Shown: one piece after another, positions 46,185 through 56,505 of the stretch
Layout: every line of letters begins with the position of its first letter
Position numbering within the stretch: the first letter of the stretch is position 1
IMG/VR virus record: IMGVR_UViG_3300047666_001259
Span: 41,909 to 105,908 of that record
Strand: one strand, 5' to 3'
DNA from: a virus
DNA: 64,000 bases
The notes under the pieces: model-generated
Seen by the model: only the letters and a program-made list of their open reading frames with translations
Told to the model about the DNA's origin: nothing
Database searches by the model: none
Made by a program: the position numbers and the translations under genes

Positions 46185-47079
46185 AAAAAGACCAGCAAGA
46201 AAACCTCGATCATTCAAGAAAACGTTTTCACCATATAAAGCCCTCAAGGTTGATGAACAACACTTAGAGCTTGAAGGTAAAATAATCCCAATTAACGGCA
46301 TCACCTTTCAACAGAGTGGAGATATCCTAAGTGAAATCCCTCACCCAAAAGCAGAAGGAGCAACTCTGACCACTCACAGCAACTCTGCTTTAGAAAGATA
46401 TAGTCCCAATAACATCGATTGTGTTCAGTTTTGGCAAAATGCCACTAGAGACTTCCCAATCAATGCAATCGCAGGTAGTCAATGTATGAGTGTGAAAGAC
46501 ATTGATGACAACCATAAACAGTTGATTCATCACGAGTATTTCAAAAACTTTGTCGGAACTCTAAAAAAAGAAGAAAAGGTTTTAGAGATCGGAGTAGGAT
46601 ATGGCTCTCTTTATAAAGCTCTTCTAGCTGAAGATAGAATTAAAAAGGAAGATTGGAATTTTTTGGATGTAGTGAAGTTAATCGATTTCGAACACCCAAA
46701 CTTCTACTTAGGAAATGGATGGGACATTCCAAGAAAAAATGGAATTCCAGAAAAGTTTGATGTAGTGGTTAGTCATAACTGCTTCCAGCACTTATCTCAT
46801 GACCAAAGAGTTTCTTATTTGATTGACATCTTTGATCGATTAAAGTCTGGCGGCAGACTTCATTTCAACGCATTTGTATTTGATGATCAAGATCACTCGA
46901 ACATTGAGTTCTTTACAGGAGTGAGTGAAGATGGTTATCCTTTGAGTTTTTTCTTTGGTCAATACACTAAATGCATGCCTTTCACAGATAGTTGCAAACT
47001 CCTTGCGGAGATAGGTTTTAAGGTTGTAGAATTTGACACTGACCACAACAGCGGATTCTTCCATTGTATTAAACCTTGA
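46171..47079 (+). CDS. Class I SAM-dependent methyltransferase
   Basis: VLEIGVGYG, FDVVVSHNCFQHL, RLKSGG. Confidence 0.8.
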   Translation: MAVTKKRPARKPRSFKKTFSPYKALKVDEQHLELEGKIIPINGITFQQSGDILSEIPHPKAEGATLTTHSNSALERYSPNNIDCVQFWQNATRDFPINAIAGSQCMSVKDIDDNHKQLIHHEYFKNFVGTLKKEEKVLEIGVGYGSLYKALLAEDRIKKEDWNFLDVVKLIDFEHPNFYLGNGWDIPRKNGIPEKFDVVVSHNCFQHLSHDQRVSYLIDIFDRLKSGGRLHFNAFVFDDQDHSNIEFFTGVSEDGYPLSFFFGQYTKCMPFTDSCKLLAEIGFKVVEFDTDHNSGFFHCIKP

Positions 47080-47245
47080 TATTTTAGAAAAATTCTTTTA
47101 TATTCCTTTATGGAAGCAAAAGTAATTTCTGAAATAAAAAAAGCTTTAAACTATTTAAAAGAGAATCAGTCGCAAATTTCAGAGGATGTTTCTGAATTTG
47201 AGGACTCGATTCTCTTTGCGTTTAAAGAATTAAAGAAAATAGAGC

Positions 47246-47695
47246 ATGAACAACCAAAACAATAGACCACTGCTGCAACAATGGGCAGGAGGGATTGATT
47301 TTAAGACGATCCTTATCATCATCTTAGGGTTGCTGGTGGCGTTTATATTTCTTTTTAATTCTGGATGGCAACAAAATACTGGTTATTCTGATGATCAAGT
47401 TGATCAGTTAAAAGCTATCTTTGAAGAAAGAATAACTGACTTAGAAGAAGAAAACAGTCAACTAACCGATTCTATAGTAGTGTACACCGAAGTTGCCAGA
47501 CAACTCAGAGAATCTATTACTGATAGAGAAGGCGTAATAGATGGGCTTCAGGAAATAATCGATAAAGAGCAAAAGAAGATTGATGATCTACTTGCACAAA
47601 GAGAAGAGATAAGAGAAGAAATAAAGAGCTTGGACGATAAAGGGTTGGAAGATTGGTGGATAGAATATTTCAAGAGTAAAGAAGAAAAAGAATGA
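47246..47695 (+). CDS. N-anchored coiled-coil membrane protein (spanin-like)
   Basis: Single TM helix plus long coiled coil. Confidence 0.5.
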   Translation: MNNQNNRPLLQQWAGGIDFKTILIIILGLLVAFIFLFNSGWQQNTGYSDDQVDQLKAIFEERITDLEEENSQLTDSIVVYTEVARQLRESITDREGVIDGLQEIIDKEQKKIDDLLAQREEIREEIKSLDDKGLEDWWIEYFKSKEEKE

Positions 47696-48354
47696 AGAGA
47701 CTAATACTAATATCATCTTTGTTGTTTCTATTTTTAGGAACAGGATTCTCTCAGCATAGCTCAGACTTTCTAGCAGAAAGAATTGGCTTTGCCGAGCAAG
47801 ATTCCGTTGATAGAATTACGAGACAAGCGACTGTGGTTTACAGTTCAACTAAAGATACAATAGACTTTCCAGATCAAGTAAACGAGTTTCCTCCGATAGA
47901 GGCAGAGACTGATTCGACTGGATATGTTTTTTTTAATTTTAACAAACCTTATCCGTACTTCAAGTATATTAACGGAACCAATGTTCTTTTGATGACTTCT
48001 ATACAAAGTAGACAAATAGCTAGTGATATCTCAGATTATTCAATTATGGATTCAATCATTGTTTCATATGAATTTAAAAATGCTCACTACCTTAATTTGA
48101 TTGAACAAAAAGATTTCACTATCCTTGATTTAGAAGGAATAATCACACAAAAAAATAGTACAATAGATGCTCACGACTCTATGTTGGCTAACAAAGACGC
48201 TATCATAGATGAAAAAGATACAGAGATCAGATTACTAAATGATGACATAGAACTCAAGAACAAAGCTCTTAAGAAGCAAAAATGGCTTATTGGTGGAAGT
48301 TTAGGAATAGCTATTGCTGTACCTGTAGCTGTCTTGATTTTTGGAAACAAATAA
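47692..48354 (+). CDS. Signal-peptide coiled-coil protein with C-terminal TM (spanin-like)
   Basis: Signal peptide, coiled coil, KKQKWLIGGSLGIAIAVPVAVLIF. Confidence 0.5.
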   Translation: MKRLILISSLLFLFLGTGFSQHSSDFLAERIGFAEQDSVDRITRQATVVYSSTKDTIDFPDQVNEFPPIEAETDSTGYVFFNFNKPYPYFKYINGTNVLLMTSIQSRQIASDISDYSIMDSIIVSYEFKNAHYLNLIEQKDFTILDLEGIITQKNSTIDAHDSMLANKDAIIDEKDTEIRLLNDDIELKNKALKKQKWLIGGSLGIAIAVPVAVLIFGNK

Positions 48355-48360
48355 AAAATA

Positions 48361-48921
48361 ATGGAAGAAAACAATAACATAGAAACTCAATCGGAAGAAA
48401 ATAATCTTCTATCTGAGACTCAGGCGCAAAAAAACAACCAGTTGGTTACGCAGTTAAAAGATGCCTTGTTAATTAATCAAGTTTTAGCCTCATCGGTTGA
48501 AATTCTTGGTGAAGCTCATTTGACAAAAAATGAGAAATACGAAATGATTAGAAACCTGAATGAAGCCTCAACAATTAGTGAGGTTCAAACTCGTGCCAAT
48601 ATCATTAGAGAACAATTTGGAATTCAATCTCAGTCTCAAAACTTTAGAGATATTCAAGAGGACGATAGCTTTTGGTCATCTAGCTTTAGAAATGAGCTAG
48701 ACAATTACTATGATCTTCATAAAGGGGTTAATGTAAAAATGACTCTAGCAGAAAGTTTGATTGAAGTTGAAAAATACTTCAAACTTCTTACGGAGTACGG
48801 TAAATCTAACGAGACCAATGTTCAAAGCATTACTGATAGAATTCTTGAACAAGAACCTAAAGCTAGAACTGGACTCGAAAGACTTAAAGGGCTAAACGTC
48901 TCGATTAACACCATTCAATAA
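48361..48921 (+). CDS. Hypothetical protein with a prohead-scaffold-like motif
   Basis: NQVLASSVEIL...LTKNEKYEMIRNLNEASTISEV. Confidence 0.45.
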   Translation: MEENNNIETQSEENNLLSETQAQKNNQLVTQLKDALLINQVLASSVEILGEAHLTKNEKYEMIRNLNEASTISEVQTRANIIREQFGIQSQSQNFRDIQEDDSFWSSSFRNELDNYYDLHKGVNVKMTLAESLIEVEKYFKLLTEYGKSNETNVQSITDRILEQEPKARTGLERLKGLNVSINTIQ

Positions 48922-50032
48922 AAGAGAAAGCATAATCGTGCTTTTCATCTTTTTCATGTTTTATTGGATCACCTGCTTTCAGCTTGAATTTATTCAGGTC
49001 TGGAAAAAAACTGTCTGCCTCAAATTCTCCTTCTACTTGAGTTTTATAAACTTTACTGATCAATCCCTTATCTAGGAATTCTGAGTATATTTGAGAGCCA
49101 CCACAGACCATAATCTCGTTCTGATCATTGTTCTCTGTCCAGTCAATCGATTTAGCTACTGCTTCTTCAATCGTGTGAACTACAGTTACGTTGTCCTTAG
49201 AACCTTTGTACATCCCACTTTTATCAAGGGCATCAATAGCTACTTGGTAATTTAGGTCTCTAGTAACAACAAAAATGTGTCTCTTTGGTAAATCGAGTCT
49301 CCCAAGAGATTCATAGGTCTTTCTTCCCATAACCAAAGCCTTCCCTATAGTGTTATCTTGGAAATACTTGAAATCATCAGGAAGATGCCATAAAAGCTTG
49401 TTGTCGCTACCAATCTCGTTATTCATCCCAGTAGCCACAATTGCAGAGAAGTTCGGCTCAAAGCCCATTGCTTTACGCACACGAGCATACTGCTGCTCAA
49501 TTGTGCCTGAAGCATCAATCTCAATAACTTTTCCTTTTCCAGCAAAATAATCCAGAATAGGTTTTGTTTCGTCTTCGTATTTTTTAAGTCTTCTTTTGAA
49601 GGTATCTTCCGTATCGTCCTCACGACCTAGCTCTTTAGCTCTGATGTTCATTCTCTCAATGAGAGTAACGTTATCAGTTTTGAAGTGAACAAGAGCTTCG
49701 AATGGCTCTCTACGGTTAAACATATATGAAGCAATATCTTTTGCTTGAGCAATAGTTCTAGGGTAGCCATCTAAAAGAAACCCTGCATCTACGTGTGGGT
49801 ATTCCATAATGAAATGATTCTTCACCATTTCGCTTATAATTTTGTCTGGCAGAAAAGTTCCTTTGTCTACTCCAATCAATTTAGCGTACTCGCCAATTTT
49901 AGTTCCCCTCTCCATTTCCTTTCGGATCATATCTCCAGTAGATAAGTGTTTGAAATTTTGTCTCTCCGCAAGTAGGTTGCAAATTGTTCCTTTTCCTGTG
50001 CAAGGAGCGCCAAAAATTAAGTAATTCTTCAT
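48905..50032 (-). CDS. Adenylate kinase - dihydrofolate reductase fusion
   Basis: GAPCTGKGT, HLSTGDMIR, FLLDGYPRT, GREDD (Adk); IG..NKLLWHLPDDF..F, VMGRKTYES, GGSQIY, ADSFFP (DHFR). Confidence 0.92.
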   Translation of the reverse strand: MKNYLIFGAPCTGKGTICNLLAERQNFKHLSTGDMIRKEMERGTKIGEYAKLIGVDKGTFLPDKIISEMVKNHFIMEYPHVDAGFLLDGYPRTIAQAKDIASYMFNRREPFEALVHFKTDNVTLIERMNIRAKELGREDDTEDTFKRRLKKYEDETKPILDYFAGKGKVIEIDASGTIEQQYARVRKAMGFEPNFSAIVATGMNNEIGSDNKLLWHLPDDFKYFQDNTIGKALVMGRKTYESLGRLDLPKRHIFVVTRDLNYQVAIDALDKSGMYKGSKDNVTVVHTIEEAVAKSIDWTENNDQNEIMVCGGSQIYSEFLDKGLISKVYKTQVEGEFEADSFFPDLNKFKLKAGDPIKHEKDEKHDYAFSFIEWC

Positions 50033-50084
50033 TATCGAATGTTTGTTTTAGCAAATATAGACATAAAGTTGTATATTCGCAAAT

Positions 50085-50270
50085 ATGGAAAAGATAGAGG
50101 ACATAGTTATCGGTCAAGCAATGGGCGATATATTCGATTATTTAAGAAAAAAACACCCTGATAAAGATGTGTTCGAATTCAAGATTGGAAGAGTAAGAGG
50201 TCATGCAGAAAATTCGCTAGACTTAACGATTACAGACTTCGATTATAAAAATATAGACGAGGGTTGTTGA
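50085..50270 (+). CDS. Hypothetical protein
   Basis: TATATTCG box upstream. Confidence 0.5.
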   Translation: MEKIEDIVIGQAMGDIFDYLRKKHPDKDVFEFKIGRVRGHAENSLDLTITDFDYKNIDEGC

Positions 50271-50302
50271 AACAAGTTTCTTTTTTTTACGTTTAACTTA
50301 AT

Positions 50303-51007
50303 ATGTACAAGAAAAAACAGAGCGTTAAGAAGACTTACTCCAATTACACTATCGAGTGTACTTACGAGAGATTTAACGGAACGTATATCAACCAATACCA
50401 CATCACTTACTCTGGAGTTCATCTTCCGAGAGAAACAAAACTTAAAGAAGAGTTTCTTTATTTAGAAGAGTCATGGTGGAACATTCCAGACAATACCAGA
50501 GATACTCAAAAACAAAAAGTATATGATGCCGAAAAAGTAGCTTGGGCAAAAATAGGGAAGACAAAATTTAAAGATCACATGCAAGCCTCTAGGTTTATTG
50601 CAAAGGTGATCTCAAATAAATGGTTTGTTGACAATTTTCATATTCGAAAGATGTCAATGAGACACGATCACAGAAACCACGTTTCAGCCAGAGGTGGAGG
50701 TAAATACAATTGGCACTCTAGAGATGGGAAGATCATTATTCCTGACTGGGCATTATCAGATTATGTTATTCTACATGAGATTGCTCATTGTTGCCAGCAG
50801 TTTAGACCCGGGCATGGGAGAAACTTCTGCTTCATATACCTTCAGCTAGTAAGAAAGTTTGTCGGCAAAGAAGCAGCCGAAGAACTTGAGCTTCAATTCA
50901 AAAAGAACGGAGTACAATATTGGATTTACGGTACAAGAGAACCGCACATTCAAGAAAATTTAGAAACACTCATGAACAAAAGAAATGAAAGCTACTGTCC
51001 TTTTTAA
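50303..51007 (+). CDS. SprT-like zincin metalloprotein
   Basis: QKVYDAE, VILHEIAH...HG.NF...YL.LV. Confidence 0.7.
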   Translation: MYKKKQSVKKTYSNYTIECTYERFNGTYINQYHITYSGVHLPRETKLKEEFLYLEESWWNIPDNTRDTQKQKVYDAEKVAWAKIGKTKFKDHMQASRFIAKVISNKWFVDNFHIRKMSMRHDHRNHVSARGGGKYNWHSRDGKIIIPDWALSDYVILHEIAHCCQQFRPGHGRNFCFIYLQLVRKFVGKEAAEELELQFKKNGVQYWIYGTREPHIQENLETLMNKRNESYCPF

Positions 51008-51726
51008 AGTTCGTGAGGCATTATCTTTCTGATCCTGAAAGTTAAATCCCAATAAGGATTGAGGTCTTCAGTCTTATATTGCTTGTTCAGTCTTTCTAAT
51101 TGAATAAAGACCACTTTACTGAGTACTTCAACCCCAGAAGATGAGGTAAAGACTATAACCACTTTCTTTTCATCAAAACCATCACCAATTCTTTCAAATG
51201 ATCTCTTAATAAAGTGATTCATTTTAGTGTGAGCGCCCATCTCTTCTTCATTGATATTAATGATTTTTAATTTTTTATCAAACAGCTGATCGAAGTTCTT
51301 CTCATTGAACTTTCCAGCAATCGCTTCATCTTGATAAAGCATTGATCCCTTTATTCCGAATATTTTCTCTTCCTCTGGAAAGTGAATGTAGACCGTCTCG
51401 ACTGAATCTTTCTTATAGACATCAAAACCCAATGCTTTAAGCTTGTCGATCATATCGGAAGCCTCACTTACCTCGAAGTCACTAATTTTGGACTCTATCT
51501 CAAAAAGACTGCTCTTTAGTTTCTTTAAACCCTCTTTCCCTTCCTGAAGGTTTTCCTTCATTATTTCAATATCAGTCTCATAACAAGAGATTTCGTGTTC
51601 TTCTCTTTGAATTTTTTTAACCAATTCATCTTTCTCTATTCTTAGATTAAAAAGATTTGGAGACTGCAACTCCTCTTTTACTACTGTTTCGTTTGTGAAA
51701 TTACAAACTGTATATCCTGTACCCAT
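51004..51726 (-). CDS. Hypothetical coiled-coil protein
   Basis: ORF track. Confidence 0.5.
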   Translation of the reverse strand: MGTGYTVCNFTNETVVKEELQSPNLFNLRIEKDELVKKIQREEHEISCYETDIEIMKENLQEGKEGLKKLKSSLFEIESKISDFEVSEASDMIDKLKALGFDVYKKDSVETVYIHFPEEEKIFGIKGSMLYQDEAIAGKFNEKNFDQLFDKKLKIININEEEMGAHTKMNHFIKRSFERIGDGFDEKKVVIVFTSSSGVEVLSKVVFIQLERLNKQYKTEDLNPYWDLTFRIRKIMPHEL

Positions 51727-51940
51727 TACTATGTGTTTTATACAATATATGAATAAATTAATTGAAATTCAAGAAAAAAAAGTTGTCAACAAATATATAA
51801 TGAATCTATAGAAACACAAGTCTAACGGCAATGAAACCTCGATAAAAACTCCTCCCTATTATATTGATCTTTTTCTTTATATTGCTATTTTACCAAACAA
51901 CAAATAAGAAGCTATTTATTTTCAAAGAACATAAATTGTT

Positions 51941-52825
51941 ATGAGAAAACTACTTACTATCCACTTAGTCTGCTGCGCTCTTTTATTCTCAGTCTTTATA
52001 AGCTGTAAAAAAGAGGTCATCGAACCAGACGCTCCACAAATAGAAAATGTTATAAGAACAACTGAGATGCCTACTCAAGAAGAGTTTGACAAAAAAGTTG
52101 ATTGTGTATACCAGATGTTACAAAACACTGGTAACGAAGAAATAATGGCTATTGAGTATCAAGTAGTTCATAATACAATGAAAGAAGCATATAAGAATAA
52201 AAGAAAGGTATGTTATGACACAATAGACCTTCTTGGTTTGCTTGCGGAATACGGAATAACTACTCCAGATTATATTCCTGTTTGGAACAGCCACTTTCAA
52301 GATGCAAATTGCACTGTTGCACAATGGCAATATTTCGCTAAAGAAAGAGGAGAAGATGGAACGGCAGAGAATACAGACTTAATTCCTGATCAAGTTATAT
52401 GGACTGTTTCTGGAACTGATGTTGATGCTACCGCTACAGAAGGAACTTTGAAATTTGTTACATATACCACTAATTTAGAAGGAGATACTATTCCTAACAC
52501 AAATTGCCCGGGTACGTTTCAACCACCCTGTAATGGCGCTCATCCAGTAGATGTTACAGCTACAGTGGGGATCGCTGTATATCAGAGGTCTAATATTAGC
52601 TACGGACATGTAAATAACGTTCCTGTTGGAATAGCCCCACCTTGTACTGAGTATTCAAGTGCTGATATCACGAATTCTTCAACATTCGACTTTGACTGTT
52701 TTTGTCCAATCGTATTTGATGAGTTTGAGTTCTTAATCGATGATGGTCTAGTGTGGGATTTGAATGGGGATCATTCTGTTAATTCAGCTGATCTTCTAAT
52801 TTTATTGGCAGCTTACGGTTGTTAA
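51941..52825 (+). CDS. Lipoprotein with a dockerin/EF-hand-like motif
   Basis: Lipobox FISC-KKE; DLNGDHSVNSADLLILLAAYG. Confidence 0.7.
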   Translation: MRKLLTIHLVCCALLFSVFISCKKEVIEPDAPQIENVIRTTEMPTQEEFDKKVDCVYQMLQNTGNEEIMAIEYQVVHNTMKEAYKNKRKVCYDTIDLLGLLAEYGITTPDYIPVWNSHFQDANCTVAQWQYFAKERGEDGTAENTDLIPDQVIWTVSGTDVDATATEGTLKFVTYTTNLEGDTIPNTNCPGTFQPPCNGAHPVDVTATVGIAVYQRSNISYGHVNNVPVGIAPPCTEYSSADITNSSTFDFDCFCPIVFDEFEFLIDDGLVWDLNGDHSVNSADLLILLAAYGC

Positions 52826-53196
52826 TCCTCTTCTTTTACTAAAACAAATTCTGGACTCACACTATAGATGAGATTTTTATATTGAAAATCTTTCGTAAGG
52901 TACACATGAATAGAGTCGCCTTCTTGGATACAACCCCAAGAATGAAGGTAACTGTCTTGAGTAATGTGGTGTCTGTAATTTTCATACTCCAAAAACAAAT
53001 CATCCCTACCATTACGTTCATTTTTTTGAACACAAATAGTTGCAGCTAAGACTTTTTCATCTCCTCTCGGATCGCATTTGGTTAGAATGACCGCAAATAT
53101 CCCAAAGAACATAACAGTCCAAAGGAAACCTCGGATTCTCAAGCCCATTAGAAGGACTAGAAATAATAGCAAGAAAAATAAAGTAGTTACACTCAT
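52822..53196 (-). CDS. Membrane protein
   Basis: Two N-terminal TM segments; GGTAAC-N16-CGTT upstream. Confidence 0.55.
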   Translation of the reverse strand: MSVTTLFFLLLFLVLLMGLRIRGFLWTVMFFGIFAVILTKCDPRGDEKVLAATICVQKNERNGRDDLFLEYENYRHHITQDSYLHSWGCIQEGDSIHVYLTKDFQYKNLIYSVSPEFVLVKEED

Positions 53197-53215
53197 AAAG
53201 TGTTAACGAAAAAAA

Positions 53216-53809
53216 TTAATCATTGTTACCATCGTAACCTCTTAATTTTCTCATCTTAAGATAGAATGGAGAAGTTTTCTTAGCAATACTAAGTTTCTCC
53301 TCGTCATTTGCATCATAGAACTCTAAGCTATTAAAGTTGGAGTCTGGCGCTTTAGAATAAATTATATTACTTAGAAAGTTCTTGTCGGTACTAGTCTGAA
53401 AGTCACTCCATTCTGGATTCTCTTTCTTTTTAATATCGTCTCGTTTAAAAAACTTACTCCAAACACCATATGCTTCATCAGTAGTGTTCCCAGTTCGATC
53501 AGGCATTAACCCTTTAGGGAAAACGTCCATCATTGCAATCTCGTACATTGATGCTCCGAAGTTAGGAGAAGCTGCCACACCTGTTACTTCGTAGTCTCCA
53601 GAATTAGTTTGAAAAATCTCTATGTTTCCAACAACTTTATCTGTTACAAAATCAAACAGATTATAAGAGGTGCGTCCACCAGACTTTTCTACTACAACTT
53701 TCATTGATTCGGCAAATTCGCCTATACCAATTCTAGCTTCAGGTAGAACTTCTTGTTCGCATTTGCAAATATGCTCTTGAATTTTGTTTCTTATCTTGTC
53801 TCTTAGCAT
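53216..53809 (-). CDS. GNAT-like late protein
   Basis: YEV.GVAA..NFG..MYEIAM...LMPDR...A..VW; IQE/LPE leader. Confidence 0.5.
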   Translation of the reverse strand: MLRDKIRNKIQEHICKCEQEVLPEARIGIGEFAESMKVVVEKSGGRTSYNLFDFVTDKVVGNIEIFQTNSGDYEVTGVAASPNFGASMYEIAMMDVFPKGLMPDRTGNTTDEAYGVWSKFFKRDDIKKKENPEWSDFQTSTDKNFLSNIIYSKAPDSNFNSLEFYDANDEEKLSIAKKTSPFYLKMRKLRGYDGNND

Positions 53810-53870
53810 TGTAATAACTTTCTTTCTCTAAATAGTGAAACATTTATGTATTTTTTACGTTACACAAATT

Positions 53871-54521
53871 ATGGAACAAGATACATTTACAGAGATTGAA
53901 GAGAAATATATCAACCGACCATTTGAAGAAGAGCATATGTCTTTTGAAGATTTTCAAAAAATAGACGATATTCGAGAGAAAACAAAGGTTAGTAACAAAA
54001 CTCACAAAGAAAGACTTGAAAGAGCAAACTCTTTCCGAGAGCTTCAGAAAGGTGACCGTGTTTACTTCACTTATAAGTATGAAAATAAGTCCTATAATTT
54101 TATCGGAACAATTACTTCGATAAAAGGAAAAAATCGATACTCTCAAGAATTTGAAGTTGAGAACCAGATTGGTAGATTCAAAGGTCTTAATAGATTAGAT
54201 AACGGAATCAGGTTTCGTGCAAATTTAGATTATTCTCACGTAGAAATTCCTATTGCACTTAAAGAGGTTCCTACAAAGAAGCTTCTTAATCAGTTTAGAA
54301 TGTCTAGGAACTCCGAGTTTCGATGCTATGGGTATTATGATAGCTATTACTATGGGGGAGAAGTAGAGACCCTTAATGAGGCTCTAACTGAATTGGAGGA
54401 CACAAAATTTCTTGTAGTAAAAGGTGTGTATGCAACAATTCTTCAAATGAGAGCTGAGCTTTCCACTAGAGAGCATGTTCTTTCTAAATTTGAAAAGAAA
54501 ATTCAAAGACAACTCAAATGA
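53871..54521 (+). CDS. Hypothetical protein
   Basis: ATG 53871 downstream of TGAAAC-N16-CGTT; ELSTREHV motif. Confidence 0.55.
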   Translation: MEQDTFTEIEEKYINRPFEEEHMSFEDFQKIDDIREKTKVSNKTHKERLERANSFRELQKGDRVYFTYKYENKSYNFIGTITSIKGKNRYSQEFEVENQIGRFKGLNRLDNGIRFRANLDYSHVEIPIALKEVPTKKLLNQFRMSRNSEFRCYGYYDSYYYGGEVETLNEALTELEDTKFLVVKGVYATILQMRAELSTREHVLSKFEKKIQRQLK

Positions 54522-55457
54522 TATCAGATTTCATCACAAATATGACTTTACTCCAGTATTTGGGGATAGCAGTTTTAACGTTTTTGTCTACTATGCTTAT
54601 TGGATATGAGCTTCACTTCAGTCGTGTTTTTAGAAACGAACTATATGATGATCTGAATTTCTGGAATATTATCCTTACTGCCTTCTTTTCTTTAATATGG
54701 ATAGTAACAATTCCTATCTTTTTTATAGTAGTATTAATTTTCAACGCAACAAAACTTTTCAAATAATGAATTACTTACCAATTGAAGTTATTTTATTAAT
54801 TTCTATTTGCTTTCTTCTTTTAAGCGTTTTGCTCAAAGATAAGATTCAAAAAGCATTCCACCCAGCTATTCTTTACTTTCTAGGAGTAGCTCTCCTTCTA
54901 TTTTCTGTCGGAGCTTATTTCTTTACAGAGGACGAATGTACTTATGAATTTGTCGGAACTTACCCTATTGAATTCTCTCAAGGTGGGAATATAAATTACT
55001 TTTTTGATTATGATGGAAATCTATATGATGCTGAAGCAGTTGTGGAAAATTTTTCTAGTTCCAGTAAAAAAGTGTATATTTACTCTTCAGAAGAAGATAA
55101 ATCTTCTTTAAGAAGTGTTTTTCAAGCCGAAAGGCGATTGGAATTTCGATCCGCTGAAGACAAGTATATATTGAGAATAAACAGAGATAAAGAAGTGAGA
55201 GAATGATGTGTTACCTTGTTTTTGCAATTTTGATTTTTATTGCATTTCCGTTAATATCTTACGGATCAGTTAAGTTTTTTGACTGGAGAGAATTTGGGCT
55301 TTTTGAGAAGGATAGATGGGATTCCAACAAGATCACTTACGTTGGCGGTGATTCCTCAGTAGCTTGGCTTATAGGCTCTTTTGCTTGGGGTATTGTTTTA
55401 ATCTTAAGCTCTGTGGTTCTTATAGTCACAGAAGGCGCAAAACTCTTAAAAAGATAA
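54518..55457 (+). CDS. Three small membrane proteins (54518-54766, 54766-55206, 55203-55457)
   Basis: Coupled ORFs with TM segments. Confidence 0.5.
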
Positions 55458-55459
55458 AC

Positions 55460-55843
55460 ATGAAAAAATTAGCAACACTAATACTGGGGATGTTCTTGGT
55501 TCTAGGAACCGCATTCGCCCAAACGGAAGAGGACTTCTATTCTCTATTTTTAGAGAAAGGCTACGATCTGGAAGAAAGAATACTAATCTCAATCGCTGAA
55601 CAATTCCAAACAGATGATAAAGCCACCTTCACACAAGACAGTACTTATTATGTGGTAACCATAGGGGGAGACCTTCTATGCGAAACTCATTTTAATGATG
55701 CTGAAGAGGTTGCGTTCACTCAGCATGATGTTGACTCTAACTTTTCTTACTTCTCATCTGGATATTACTATATCGTATTTTTAGACAAAATGAAAATGTA
55801 TAAACTATGTCCTATATCCAGAGCTTTAAAGGGAGAGAAGTAA
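55460..55843 (+). CDS. Secreted hypothetical protein
   Basis: Signal peptide MKKLATLILGMFLVLGTAFA-Q. Confidence 0.55.
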   Translation: MKKLATLILGMFLVLGTAFAQTEEDFYSLFLEKGYDLEERILISIAEQFQTDDKATFTQDSTYYVVTIGGDLLCETHFNDAEEVAFTQHDVDSNFSYFSSGYYYIVFLDKMKMYKLCPISRALKGEK

Positions 55844-56190
55844 ATCTTAATCTTCCCGTAAAAATATATCGATGCCTTAACAGAAAAGGTGTAGTGTTTT
55901 CTGTTCAGCAGAAAGGTAAAGTAGTTGGTCACACTAGCGATTTTACTCTAGTGAATGCTGTGTTTAAAGTCTCCAAATCAGGACAGAAAAGAGCAAGAGA
56001 ATCACAAACTCGAAATGTTCATGCATTTGTTGTGGGAAATGTAGTTGAAAATTTTATAGGAGAACAAAAAAAAGGGAGAGTAAAATACAATCCCTTTTTA
56101 AATGATTTTTTCTATATAGAAAGCTCGGAAGACATTATTGAAAAAGCTGATAGATTACACTTCTCTAATGAAGGTCTATTTGTGATTTAA
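55807..56190 (+). CDS. Conserved phage hypothetical protein
   Basis: IYRCLN...FSVQ...FKVSKSGQ.R......NVHAFV.G...YNPF. Confidence 0.65.
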   Translation: MSYIQSFKGREVNLNLPVKIYRCLNRKGVVFSVQQKGKVVGHTSDFTLVNAVFKVSKSGQKRARESQTRNVHAFVVGNVVENFIGEQKKGRVKYNPFLNDFFYIESSEDIIEKADRLHFSNEGLFVI

Positions 56191-56495
56191 GCTCCTCCCC
56201 AGAATGCAGCCCAAAGTGCAAGCGCAGCAATGATGGTTCCAAGAATCGTAGCAATAGTGTTATTCCTAGTCATACGTTTGTTGAATTCAATTTCTTTCAC
56301 TTCAGCAGTGTTCTTCATAATACCTACCTCTTTTTCAAGAGCCTCAATGTCTTGTTCTAGTTCTAAATTTAGAGTCTTAATCTCAATTAAGTTTTCTCCC
56401 ATAGTTCTAAACTCCCTATAAAGATGCTTTAAAAGCTCTTTCTCAGTCCATACATCTGGATTAATCAGTTGGTCTTTTTCGTTTTTTTCTGACAT
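56187..56495 (-). CDS. Coiled-coil protein with C-terminal TM (holin/XhlA-like architecture)
   Basis: Coiled coil then IATILGTIIAALALWAAFW. Confidence 0.5.
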   Translation of the reverse strand: MSEKNEKDQLINPDVWTEKELLKHLYREFRTMGENLIEIKTLNLELEQDIEALEKEVGIMKNTAEVKEIEFNKRMTRNNTIATILGTIIAALALWAAFWGGA

Positions 56496-56505
56496 CTTTC
56501 TTTGT

